NCBI GenBank assembly: GCA_001179505.1
Contig: CDMY01000718.1
Coordinates: forward strand, 1 to 64,000
Source of the DNA: Vitrella brassicaformis CCMP3155
Taxonomy: Eukaryota > Protista > Chromerida
Length of the DNA: 64,000 nt
Direction: 5' to 3'
The position numbers and the translations under genes were made by a program. Positions 11,575 through 22,813 of this stretch are shown here, in pieces (the stretch's first letter is position 1; every line of letters begins with the position of its first letter). Under the pieces are notes generated by a model that saw only the letters and a list, made by a program, of their open reading frames with translations, did no database searches and was not told the DNA's origin.

Positions 11575-14500
11575 ATGGCGAGCTCGCGGCCTGTTTGCCT
11601 TCCCGAGAGTCAGCACCGACCCCAGAGGCCTAGTGCGCTCACACGACGACAGGTACATCACTGTGACGATAGGGAGTGCCATCTCTGCGCTGATCTCTCC
11701 CCTTTGCCTCAGGAAAATGAAGGCGAGAAGCACGAGATCCGCAGGGGAGTCAGCATTGGTGTGCCGGTGAACGAGTCCCCGGACGAAAACAATCTGCAAC
11801 AAGTAAGCACGAGGCGAGGAAGACAGACTCATCGCTTTTGTCGTCTATTCTGTCATTGCACCCTTGTCTTCTGATCATCAGCTGGTTCCCGCAGCTGTGG
11901 CGCCATGCGGCGAGGACCACTCGGCTCTACCGTTCGGCATCCGTGGGCAGCAGGGAGCAGCACAGGTGAGGCAACGAGGTCCACTGTTTGTATCGTGTGT
12001 GAATGTGTGTCGGTTGATGTGCGGTCAGGACCATCAGCCAATTCAGGTAGGATGAACCAATAGGCTTGTTGTACCATCGACCTCGTGTATGTGTGTCTTC
12101 AGATGATAACTACAAGGGCAGCAGAAGTGAAAGATGTTCAGCGGGTGCAGCCAGCACTCTACCCATCTTACCTGCCCACACAGCACCCCCCCCGCCCACA
12201 ACCCCAAATACGACGCACCCCCTGGTGCATCAGGTGTGACAGAGGGGCGGCCGATCGCTTCCGTGGGACAGCCTTATACCGCATATGTGAGCTCACGATG
12301 TGCACTCTTGGTATGCTGTGTGGATGTATTGGATTCGCTCTTGCCGTTTGTCTGTATCCGTTCTTCAGGACATGGGCCTTCAAATGCCTCGCGGGTCATC
12401 ACGACAGCGGACAGAGTCCCTGCCGCCATCGGTGCCCAGAGCAAAGGCAACAACACCACAACCACAGCCGACCGATACTGGCTTTGTTGCATCATCCAGC
12501 CTTCTATCTGCGTGTGCTTCAGGGGACCACTGGGAGGGCTCGTGAGGTGACGATTGCCGAGCGGCTGCAGCTGGTGGTAGAATTTGAGACGCGCAAGCAG
12601 AGCGGAGAGACCATCTCGATGCCTCACTTCGCGCGAGAGAAGGAAATATCCGTGAGAACCTTCGAAGGGTGGGTCTACACCATCAAGAAGCAGAGGGAGG
12701 CGGGCAAGCAAGTTACGGACCTGACCAAGAAGCGCAACACTCCGCCCAAGTATCCCCAGATCGAGGACCAGATGCGGCAGTGGATGGCCGAGCAAGGGGA
12801 CCCCGCGACCGTTCCTCCAGCGGCCATCAAGAAAGAGGGGCTTGCGATTGCGGAACGTCTGGGCGTCCTCGGCTTCCCGGCGAGCGACAAGTGGACCAAG
12901 GGCTTTAGGGAACGATGCCAGCAGGTGGGACGGACAACAGATACAAGAACGGACTCTTCATGTACTCATTGCTGCGCTTTTGTCTCATACAGTCTCTTGA
13001 GCCAGCAGGACCGACACAACAAGACAGCCCGACGGCGATACTCGAGAGGGAGCCGAGGGACTACTTGGGCACTTGCGAGGAGGCTGCTGCTGCCTTACAG
13101 CAAGCCCTCGACGAGGTCGACGTGGATGGATGCATCGGCCAGGGTCGCGGCGACGAGGCAGCAGGGCCCACACAACGAGACAGCTGGATGGCGGAACTCG
13201 AGAGGCAGATGAGGGACTGGATGGCAAATTTTGATTATCCGATGGCCGTGAACAGGAAGGTCATCAGGGCCACAGCGATAGACATCGCTAGTCGGCTGCC
13301 GGGGCTGCATGACTTCTACGCGAGCGACGAGTGGATCGAGGCGCTCATGGTGCCGTACAAAAAGGTACGACACAGCAAAGACAGGGAGGGAAGCATTGTG
13401 CATGTCGATTCCTGTGTCCACATGCTCAATGTCTGCAGAGCCCGCCTGTTGGAGCTGCGGCTGCTGCACACAGTGCCTACGGCACGGATCATTCGACCCC
13501 GAACACACAGCCGCCCATGCCCCCCAACCCACAACAAGGTCGGCTGCTGAAATCAACTCTACACCTCCAGCTCGATCGGCAGGTTAATGGGCAGCCAGCA
13601 GCTGCCGCTCCGGGTGCAGCAGCGGCCCCCAGTGCTGTCCCAGTACGTAAAGGAGCAGGAGAGTCCGAGAGCTCGGCTACGACATCATCAGGCGGTCGGT
13701 CAAAGGAATACACCATAGCTGAGCGCACAGCACTGGTGGATGTGCTGCTGAAACGGCAAGCCAATGACGACGCCCGGATCTCTCAGAAGGCATTTGCGGA
13801 GGAGAAGGGTCTCAACTACAATACATTCAAGAAATGGGTGCCGAAGATCAAGAAGCTGAGAGAGCAAGGCCACGACCCTAGCGACATGCAGATGAAAAGG
13901 CGCAGACCACCCAGGCGGAGCGTTTCCGAGGGGGAGATGGAGCGTGAGACAGCTGCAGAGCTCGCGGCCAACTTGCAGGCGTCAGAGGTCCAGATCAAGC
14001 CAGACGGGCAATCGGAGCCCTCAGGGTGCAACACAATGAGCGTAAGGATGACGAGTGTTCTGCTAGCGAGCAGCTCAGTGCTGTTGTCATTCGCTCATTC
14101 AGTTGAAGCCGTCAACGAGCAGGCTGACCAACCAGAGGGAGGGAGAGCCGCCTGGGAAGCTCCAGAGGACCACCACACGCAATCATCGAGAAGTCCCGCT
14201 GTCTGAGGTAGGTGCACTGCAGGCAGATGGACAGCCAGACAGAAACACAGCTGTTGTCTCTATGTCTGCAGGTGTTGTCTCCTTCGTCGGTGAAGTCTGC
14301 TGTCAGCATCACTGTGGATGACCGCCTCAGTGACATAAAAAAGGTCTGCAGTGAACAAGGAATAGCAGCCATGACTACTTTGCTGGACCTGTGGGCGTCT
14401 TGCTGTCCTTCCTTGCCTCTTATACCGCTATCTAGGGTGATGCTGACATCATCAGTGTATCATCCAAGGGAGCGGTCGCTCACTTGACGGCCACGTCGAC

Positions 14501-16090
14501 TGGCAGCACGACAGAGGAGGGCGGCACGCTGCAGGAACCACATGTACGTGAGACTCAAGCAGCACGTGCAGTTGGTCTCAATAGTTAGCCTATGGCTGTC
14601 TGTCGGTCTCTGTTGTCTGCAGGTGATAGTTGGCAGCAGTTTGAGTGTGTCAGATTGTGCGGCCCTCCACTCACTGTTCGTCCCATCCATGTTCGACCAT
14701 TGTGAATTTACCTTGCTCTACAGGTACACACATATGCAACCTAGATAGGTACAAACAGCGGCACTGCTCATCTAGTGTGTCGCTGTATTGTTTGTCAGGG
14801 CGTCTGTCCACGGCGAGAGCTTCGGTGATCTCAGGGGCCGCGTAGGCGACAAAAAAGGGCTGATCTTTCTCATTCGCAAGGTGGTCGGACAAGAGGAATA
14901 TGTCTTTGGTGCCTACATGGATGAGCGCCTTCGGCTCTCATCCGACGGCTACCCCTGCCGTGCACTGTGTGTGTGTCTCTCCGGCCTCTTCGACAAACCC
15001 ACACTGATCGAGACCAAGGAGGATTTCGGCGGTGGAAACTTCTCTCAACGGCAGCGTGTGTGGGTGGGGAGGCGCGAGCCCATCCTGGGGATGATCGAGA
15101 TGGTGAATATGCGGATCGGCATGGCTGGGGGCCTGGGGCTGGGCTGTGATGATGGGGAGAGCAGCATTGCTGCCAGCGTGCGCAGCTGTAGTCAGATCCT
15201 TCACAGTGTGTATCTGCCCGACGGCTATCGGGGACCGAGGGATGAATGGGCGAATGGATTCCTGGCGGTGTTTGGGGGCGGTCTTAGCTTCACTGCTGAC
15301 GAGTTGGAGGTCATCCATGTCGAGGGCCTCTTAGTGCTGCGGCCACTACAGGTCAGATACGACCCGTTAAGACCACTGTGTCATTGCCTGGTGCCCATGT
15401 GGCCTTTGGCTCGTCTGCAGCTGATCGAAGGGACGAATTTGAGTCTAATGCAGCGTGCGGCACTCAGCCGCTTTTCAGGATCAACCTCGAATTGACGGGG
15501 AAACTCACGCTGCGACTGCTGTACAAGTAGGTCTTTCTTTTGTTTCCACCCTTGGTGTATTTCTCCATCTCATGGCTTGCAGGGCCTCAAAACACGGGTG
15601 GAAATACGGCGATATGCTTCGGTGCGTGGGTGATGCCAAGGGCCTGGTGTTTCTTCTTCACAAGACCCATAACGAGACGCAGTGCGTGTTTGGCGCCTAC
15701 ACAAGCGAAGGCATCAAGCTGCCCAACAGGCCGACCGGCTTCAACGAATACCGCTGTCGGCAGTTCTCTCTCGGCGGGCACTTCGACGAGCCGACGGATA
15801 TCCGAGTCGAGGAAGGCTGGTTGTTCGCCTGGTTGTTCGAGGCGGGACCGACCTGGCCAGCGAATGTGCAGCTCGACAATGGGCGGCTGAGCCTGGGCTA
15901 TGACGCCAGTGGGAAAGGTCCTCACGAAGATCTGCGCAGTTGCCGTCAGTACATCCCTTGTGCCGACGTGCCTGATGGCTACCGAGGGGAACGGAATCAG
16001 CGTGGCGATGCTGTCTTCGGGGGTAGTGAGGTGTTCTTTGCGGAGGATTTGGAGGTGCTTGCCATCGAGCACGACGGTGACATCCTCTGA
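11575..16090 (+). CDS. CENP-B/pogo(Tc5)-type HTH repeats fused to two TLDc domains, multi-exon
   Basis: HTH-psq-like EVTIAERLQLV...REKEISVRTFEGWV is followed by HTH_Tnp_Tc5-like KYPQIEDQMRQWM...GFPASDKWTKGFRER. A second Tc5-like unit (ELERQMRDWM...FYASDEWIEAL) and a third HTH (EYTIAERTALV...GLNYNTFKKWV) follow. TLDc1 is LLYR|ASVHG...FTADELEVI and TLDc2 is LLYK|ASKHG...FFAEDLEVL. An apparent frameshift lies near 15472. The 5' exons are less certain. Confidence 0.7.
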
Positions 16091-17126
16091 CGCAGTGGTA
16101 AGTGTGGTGGTTGCATCAAGCAGGCGACATAGCAAACGGACTGGTGCTCTCTTGTCTGTGTTTCCAGCTCGCGGTAACATGCCGGAAGCGGTGCGCACTG
16201 CCCTTCGCGAGTGTGTGTGTGAACGAATCCACGCGGTGTCGCGGCCCACGTGTGGATGAAGAAGGGGAGAATCTACCTGTGCACGACTGAGGCGGCGGCT
16301 CGTGATACGCCTCCATCGCTGGAAGCCCGCTTCCGATGCTGCTTTGAAGACGGGTCGATGTGGTGCTGCCTTCTGTGTGTGCGTGTGTTTGTGGTACGTG
16401 CCGTCATTTTGGTGAAGTGGACGTCAGCTGTCTGCCTGCGTGGACTTGCATTCGAGGTGCATCCATGTCTCTGTCAAGCACACACACACATACACACGCG
16501 TAAACTTCAAAAACTGAGTACGCTGCGAAATGAGTACATCAGCCAGGGCCCACACAGCGCATGCATCCACTCACACACATCACTGGGAACACTTCATGCC
16601 CCTCAGTGAGTCTCAATAAAAATCACTGACACTCACGGCACCAGGTGTCTTGACGCACACCAACACACGTGTCGGGAAAAAGGATGCACACTTGTCTTGA
16701 CCAAATCACAGAAAACACGACAACTGTTACAATTGCTGCAGGCTCTTCATCTTCAAAGCGTCACAGAGCAACCACGTCGTTGGTGCTTGATACAAAAACA
16801 GACGATCCTGGCCCACTGATCGAGCGGGAGAAGACGGCCTCATGTCATAAGGGGCATTGATGGTGCCATTAGACCAACTCCATGTCAATCTTCCCCCCCT
16901 GGACGCACACGCACAGGGAGGGATACGGGCGGGCAGATATTGCGTCCTTCACGAGCCAGTACCGTGTCGTGCCTACCTGGGTGTTGCAGCCGGCTGCGGG
17001 CGCAGCGGACCAGCCGTGTAGGTTCTCGACGTCGATGGGCAAAACATTCGGGGAAGGCCTGAATGCATACAAAAAAAAATGGGCATTACTACACGTCACT
17101 CCATCTGCTGAATGCCATGTGACTCC

Positions 17127-18165
17127 TCACGATTCATCGTCACTGCTGGGGGCAGCTGCAGACAGACAGACAGACAGACACGAAGAGGTGCAATGGGCGC
17201 ATAAAACACTCAGGGACACACCACACTGCGTACCCCTGTTCGTCAGATTCGGCAAGGCAGCACACCCCTAAAGACACCAAGATACACAGCAACAACAATG
17301 AGAGCTGTCGTGTGTGCATCTTTCTGTCGACTGACCCCCCGGTCCTCGCTGTCTGGCACCTGCAGGTCGTCCTCTGTCAGCTTGTGTGTCTTGCGCAGGT
17401 GAGAGTTCACCACATTGCGGTAGGTGTTCTGTTTGCCGCACATACGCCCCGTTTTAGCACACCACGCCACACACGTGGCGCACAGCTTGTCGCCCTTGCT
17501 CTTGGTGACCGGCACATAGGTTGGAGCGTCCACCAGCTGCCCTCCACGATACAAGAACACGCCACACTGGCCGCTGTACGTCGTCGCCGCCTCGTCCATG
17601 TACTTGGCTGGCCTGCGGAAGACTTGCAGGCGATACAGATTGCGGAAGGTCCGCGGGCGGCCACCTTCGTTGATTGCGGCCGGCAGGAGAGCTATGGCCC
17701 ATCCCGGCTGACCCATAATGAGCTCGGTGCTGGCGGCAGTGAGCCACACGTAGCGATACTCTGGCGGGGCGGTCATATGCAGTGGGTCGGCCCGAGAGGG
17801 AGAGCGGTGGTGGTCAAGCTTGAGGGCAGCCCAGTTGTCGTGAAGGGCGCATAGCAGTGCCGGACGGGATATGCGACCTCCTGCACCGATGATGGGTTGC
17901 GGTGGCGGGCCAGGGGCCGACCTGTTGACCGACAAACACCGAGGTGGCGCCACGTGTGCCGTCGACATCCGTCGGGTGGTGCGGGGATCGTGACCGTCTT
18001 CCGTCAGCTGGCGAGCCGGCTGGTCAGCCCGATGGACATAATGCGGAGGACCTGACAGACAGACAGACAACACAGACAGGCACAGACAGACATACATACA
18101 TACACGGGGCAACGCTAAAGTGATCTAGATGGCTTACTTTTCATCGTGGTGCGCCTGATAGTCAT
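17127..18165 (-). CDS. Hypothetical protein with C-terminal C2H2-like zinc finger
   Basis: MTIRRTTMK|SPPHY... splices into the long ORF 17243-18112, which contains CAKTGRMCGKQNTYRNVVNSHLRKTH. The 3' exons are uncertain. Confidence 0.5.
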
Positions 18166-18697
18166 CGTGATGCGCAGAAAGCGGCCAGACGAACGGTGAA
18201 TCGCCAGTATTCCTCATTCCTATTACGGTCTCGTATCCGAGGAATTCCTGATTTTTTGAGGAGTATCAACTTGTGCGATCTTTCTGTCCTCGTGCCTACC
18301 TTTTCGTCATCTTGGGCACCACGACGGCGAGCCAGTGAGGCGCTGGCGGGCAGTCGTCATCGACCGTCGTCATTGACCGTCGTGCACACTGAACAGCGGG
18401 CAGCGGCAGAGACTTCGGGAGAGAACAGGTCTGCAGACAACACACGCACAAACAGCCATCGTACAGAGCATCTGGATGCGGCAGATCTGTGCGCAGGGCG
18501 GGACTATCCGTCTGCGAGCTTCACTGCGATCGGGTGCTTTCCCCAGGGTTTCTTGACGACTCGCCCTCCTGCTTGGCGCACAGGTATGCGAAGGAAGACA
18601 TAACCCAAAAATCAAAGAGAAATGATGAGTTTTTTCCCTGTGATTTGGAGTAGGAATACTTCGCGCAGGCCCTGAGCGGCATGCTACCGACCAAGTC

Positions 18698-19669
18698 ATG
18701 GTGAGCGGCACCCGCTTTTGAGTGCGCACTTCCTGTGGTCGTGAGCCGTCCTCTTGTGTCTGTGCAGTCGGCGTCGTGGTTCGGTTTGAGCAGTGGAGGC
18801 ACAACGCGCTGCCGAGTCCCCTGCTGCACCTTCGCCAACTGCCGCCGAACAGGCCGCCACTATTGCAAGTGGTGCAAGGAGACGGACTCCGACCACTTCG
18901 CCCGCGATTGCCGCTTCGCACCGCGTTCGACCGGCGCAGATGACGGCAACGAATCGGATGACAACGTGGGGCAGGGTGCATGGGTGGGAGAGAGCACTGA
19001 CTTCCTATGCATGGCTGGTGCTGTTGTCCGTATGTGTCAGCCTCGTGCATCTCGGTCGTCCCGTCGGGCATCTCGATCGCGAGGCAGCACGTCGGCTGCC
19101 TCAACGGGCAGCAGCCAAATCATGCAGCCCATGATGCAGGTACGCTCCTCGGCAAGGAACTGCTCGTGTACACCAATGGTGTGTTGTTCCAGCAAATTGC
19201 GGCGCAGTTGCTGACGTCGATGATGCAGCCGCCTCCGCCACCCCCTGCTCCTGCCACGGGAGCTGGCCAGCAGGACAACACCGACCAGACGGCCGATCAG
19301 AACACCAATCAGCAGACCAACCAGAACGCCAATGCAGCCCTGGTACGCACACACCCCACTGCCACTGCAAGCACTTCCTCCGCCTCTGACCATGTATTTG
19401 TATGTCCACTTCAGGCCGCCCCTGTGTGTGACCCGCGTGTGCTGGCCGCAGCCATGCTCTTCAGCAACCTCTTCCTATCGGGGCAGCAGCAGCAGCAGGG
19501 CGGTGACTCGCCTCGCCACCGGGGCCGCTCCCCGTCGCCTCGTCGCCAGTCGTGCGGGCTGCGTGGCTGCCGGGAGGACCACTCAACGCACAAGTGCCGA
19601 CAGTGCGGCAAAATCAACAGCCACATGACCAAGGACTGCCCCCAATCCAGGGGGAGCATGAGGGAGTGA
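18698..19669 (+). CDS. Protein with two copies of the C-x4-C-x3-H-x2-H-x-C-x2-C-x5/6-H-x4-C zinc finger flanking a Q/P-rich linker
   Basis: M|SASWFG...CRVPCCTFANCRRTGRHYCKWCKETDSDHFARDC (variant first half) lies near the N-terminus. CGLRGCREDHSTHKCRQCGKINSHMTKDC lies at the C-terminus. Splice phases are compatible. Confidence 0.65.
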
Positions 19670-20034
19670 ATGTGGGCGGGGGGGAACAGTACATGTGTGT
19701 GCGTGTTTCTGTGTGTGAGTGCACGCAAATGGAATCAAGTGAGGGCGAGAAATGTGAAATCGACGGGAAGGCAGACAGGCCATGAATGCAACCACACAGG
19801 GGCGGGGAGGCAGTGGGGGCTGTGAAGAGATGGAGAAACTTGTGTCATTTTCTTGATTGTGTCAGAATGACATTCGTTTCTTTGCGTTTGGATGTCTGTA
19901 GCGGGTTTGTCAATGTTGAAGGGGCTTTGAGTTTGTTGAATCTCTCTGTGAGAACGGGAGGGAGACGGGGTGAAGTGACCATCACTGTTTGCTGAAGTGA
20001 TTCAAAGTTCCCACACTCACACACACATGCACTG

Positions 20035-21142
20035 TCAATCGAGGAGCTGCCTGTTTGAGACCGTCAGCACTTCCAATTCGTCGGCTCTGAAATACCAGTT
20101 GCCACCGAGATACACACGGCCATAAGAATCGTTCACCCCGCGATAGCCCGCAGGCCATCCATCAGGCCAGTCACGAGGATTGCACGTAAACTGGCAGTGA
20201 CTCATGTCCCTCTCATCACCCAAGCATAGATCTTTGATTGTCAGCATCTCCCTCTCGTTCGATCTTTCAGTGAACGTTCCACATTTTCTGCACTTATAGC
20301 CATCGTCTTCCGGTTCCCATTCCCACGGCGGCAGAGCATCTGCCGCCATGGTCATCATGGACTCGCGCAGATGTGGCGAATCCATTCTGGTCGGCTCGTC
20401 GAAGTGGCCGGCCAGAGAGAAATACCACACATCACACCGAAAGTGATATCCTCGTTGAAGATCGTACGACCAAACTCTAGGGTTATCCCATGACCTTCCG
20501 TCATCCGAGAACCCATCGGGCAGCTTGAGGGACTCGTTGATGTAGGCTCCGAAAACGTACTCGCCCACGCCAACGATGAAAAGCAGAGGTTTCGCCTCGT
20601 CGCCCACACACCGAAGAACGTCCTTGTACTGCCAACCATCCAGAGATCCGCTATAATGACGGACAAAAGAACTTTGGAAAAAGAGTGTGTCGGGGCTCGA
20701 GGATGTGTGTACTGTACCTGTAGAGCAGCTTGAGCTCGGTGGCATTGACCCAGCCGCATAGAGCGCCGTATTGCCCGTCTGATAGACCCAACGAGTCGAC
20801 AAAAGCTCCTCTGGCCCGCTGAGAGTGTTCCCATTTCTTCTTCCACTCATCCCTCTGAGCCCTGTGTTTGTTGCTGACTCTGTTGGCCTCCTCGAGCTGA
20901 CTCAACAGCTGCTTGTTCTGCTCAGTGAGCAGCGAGATGGTCTCCTCACTCAACGAGTCCCCTCCGGCCGCCAGCCGTCTTGTCAACAGCCCACACGTCT
21001 TCTCATGTGGCCTTCTCGCCGCCAGCCGCTGCAGCAGAGGGGCATAATGGCTGTGTTGGGAAGGTGCAATGAAGGCCAACGCTGTCGATGAGGCCGACAG
21101 ACAGATGGCTATGAGCACTGGCGTGACGACAAAACGACTCAT
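20035..21142 (-). CDS. TLDc-domain protein with signal peptide and putative plastid transit peptide
   Basis: MSRFVVTPVLIAICLSASSTALA-FIAP is followed by an S/R-rich acid-free stretch, a coiled coil and TLDc (LLYR|...GWQYKDVLRCVG...FSLAGHFDEPT...YFRADELEVLTV). One intron. Confidence 0.75.
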
Positions 21143-21287
21143 CCTTTCTTCTCAAAACTGACCCTACAGGTGCTGCAATCAATGAGGGTGCCTCTGGATG
21201 CCAGATTTCTCACCACCTCTCCTGTTTTTCAGATGCGAGCCGGGTCGACACCTCTGCGAGCTAAGCCGACACCAAGTGAAGGCACAA

Positions 21288-22813
21288 ATGGATGAGGACG
21301 CTTTCACATGTGCCGTGTGCAGCAACCCGTATACGAGCTGTCCATACGACTTGCGCTTGCGGGAACCTCGCGTGTTGAGATGCGGTACGCACGGTGAACA
21401 CGCACAGTGAATGATGGATCTCACTCACTCGCTCACGCATCCTCTGCCTATTCTGTTTGTCCGTCCATCCATCCGTCATGCAGGCCACACCTTCTGTGCG
21501 CATGTAAGACACAAGACAGAAGTGCCCATCTGCTTCACGCGTCTGCTTTTGCTGGTGCTCTGTGTGTGTGTTTGTAGTGCATCCGAGAGCTGCAGCGGCG
21601 TGCTGAAAACGGGAGAATCGAGTGCCCAAACCGATGCGAGTGAGGACAATGCCTTTATGGATCACCTTGCTCTACCAGTACTGGACCTGCCTGTTCCTTC
21701 CTTCCCTCGTCTGTCTGTTTCCTTCCTTCCCTCTGTCTGTCTGTCTGTCTGTCAGGGAGACCACGCCAGTCGATCCAGGAGAGAGCGGTGTCAAGAACTA
21801 CACCCTGCTGAAAGCAGTGGCGGACAAGGAGCAGGATGGTACACAGACACACACATGGACGGACCACGAGGACACGTGAATGCATCAATGTACCCTGGCT
21901 CGTTTGATTGAGTGCAGACCAACACCGGGTGACTGTTTTGCGCAAATGCGCCAGCGGTGCCTGCTCGCTGAGTCTGTTGGAGGTCGCCATGGTCGTGGAA
22001 ATGGGCCACCTGGACCAAGAGATCGATGCGGAGGCGGGGCTGTCATCGATGCGGCGGCAGCTGCACACACTCATGACGGTAGGTACGACTCTTCGTCATC
22101 CACTTCATGGCAGCCCAGTGACGCGTTGCTCTCGCACTGCAGTCGTTGATTGCGGGCAGCATGTTGACGAGGCTGCAGGGCCTGCTCATCTGCCGCTGGA
22201 TCCCAACACACAGACCCCTCCGACTGCTCTCCCGGTAAACAGACGACCGGGCGGACGGACGTGCGCCACACATGCACCAGACACCCATCGGAAGACACCT
22301 CTCTGTCTGTATGTGTTTGGCAGGGTCACGCGTGACGGGCCGTCGCACGCCGATCTTCTGCGGTGCGTTGGGAATGCGAAGCCGCTGGTGTTCGTCGTCA
22401 AGAGGGACATCTACATGTTCGGCGTCTTCGCCAGCGCTGCCATCCGGCCGCCCGATAACCCGGCCGCTGTCAACGAGTACGGCTGTGCCATGTGGGAGTT
22501 TTCTCTCGCCGGCCATTTCGACACGCCAACACTCATGGACGACATTGATCCTGAATTCGGGCGGCTGGAGGTGGCTGGCGGGCAGAATGCACCGATGCTG
22601 AGGGTCGACGGCCTGACGTTCGGTGTCGACGGCCAGGACGTGAGCAGCTGCAATCATTCCTGCGGCCGCATCGTGGGCTATGACATGCCTGATGGGTACC
22701 GGGGCAAGGCGGACGGCGATAACAATGCGCTGCTTGCCGGCAGTGACCAGCTGGAGTCCCCACACGGGGAGTTCTTCACAGCCGACGATCTGGAGGTGCT
22801 CACTGTCGGGTGA
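21288..22813 (+). CDS. RING-HC finger + TLDc domain protein (putative E3 ligase)
   Basis: CAVCSNPY...EPRVLRCG|HTFCAH|CIRELQRR...IECPNRC...KNYTLL forms a RING-HC. The C-terminal TLDc is TRDGPSHADLLRCVG...FSLAGHFDTPT...FTADDLEVLTVG*. Confidence 0.8.

Noticed and set aside
12545-13915. Active pogo/Tc5 transposon
   Set aside because: No DDE domain or terminal repeats are present, and the HTH units are embedded in a multi-intron host gene.
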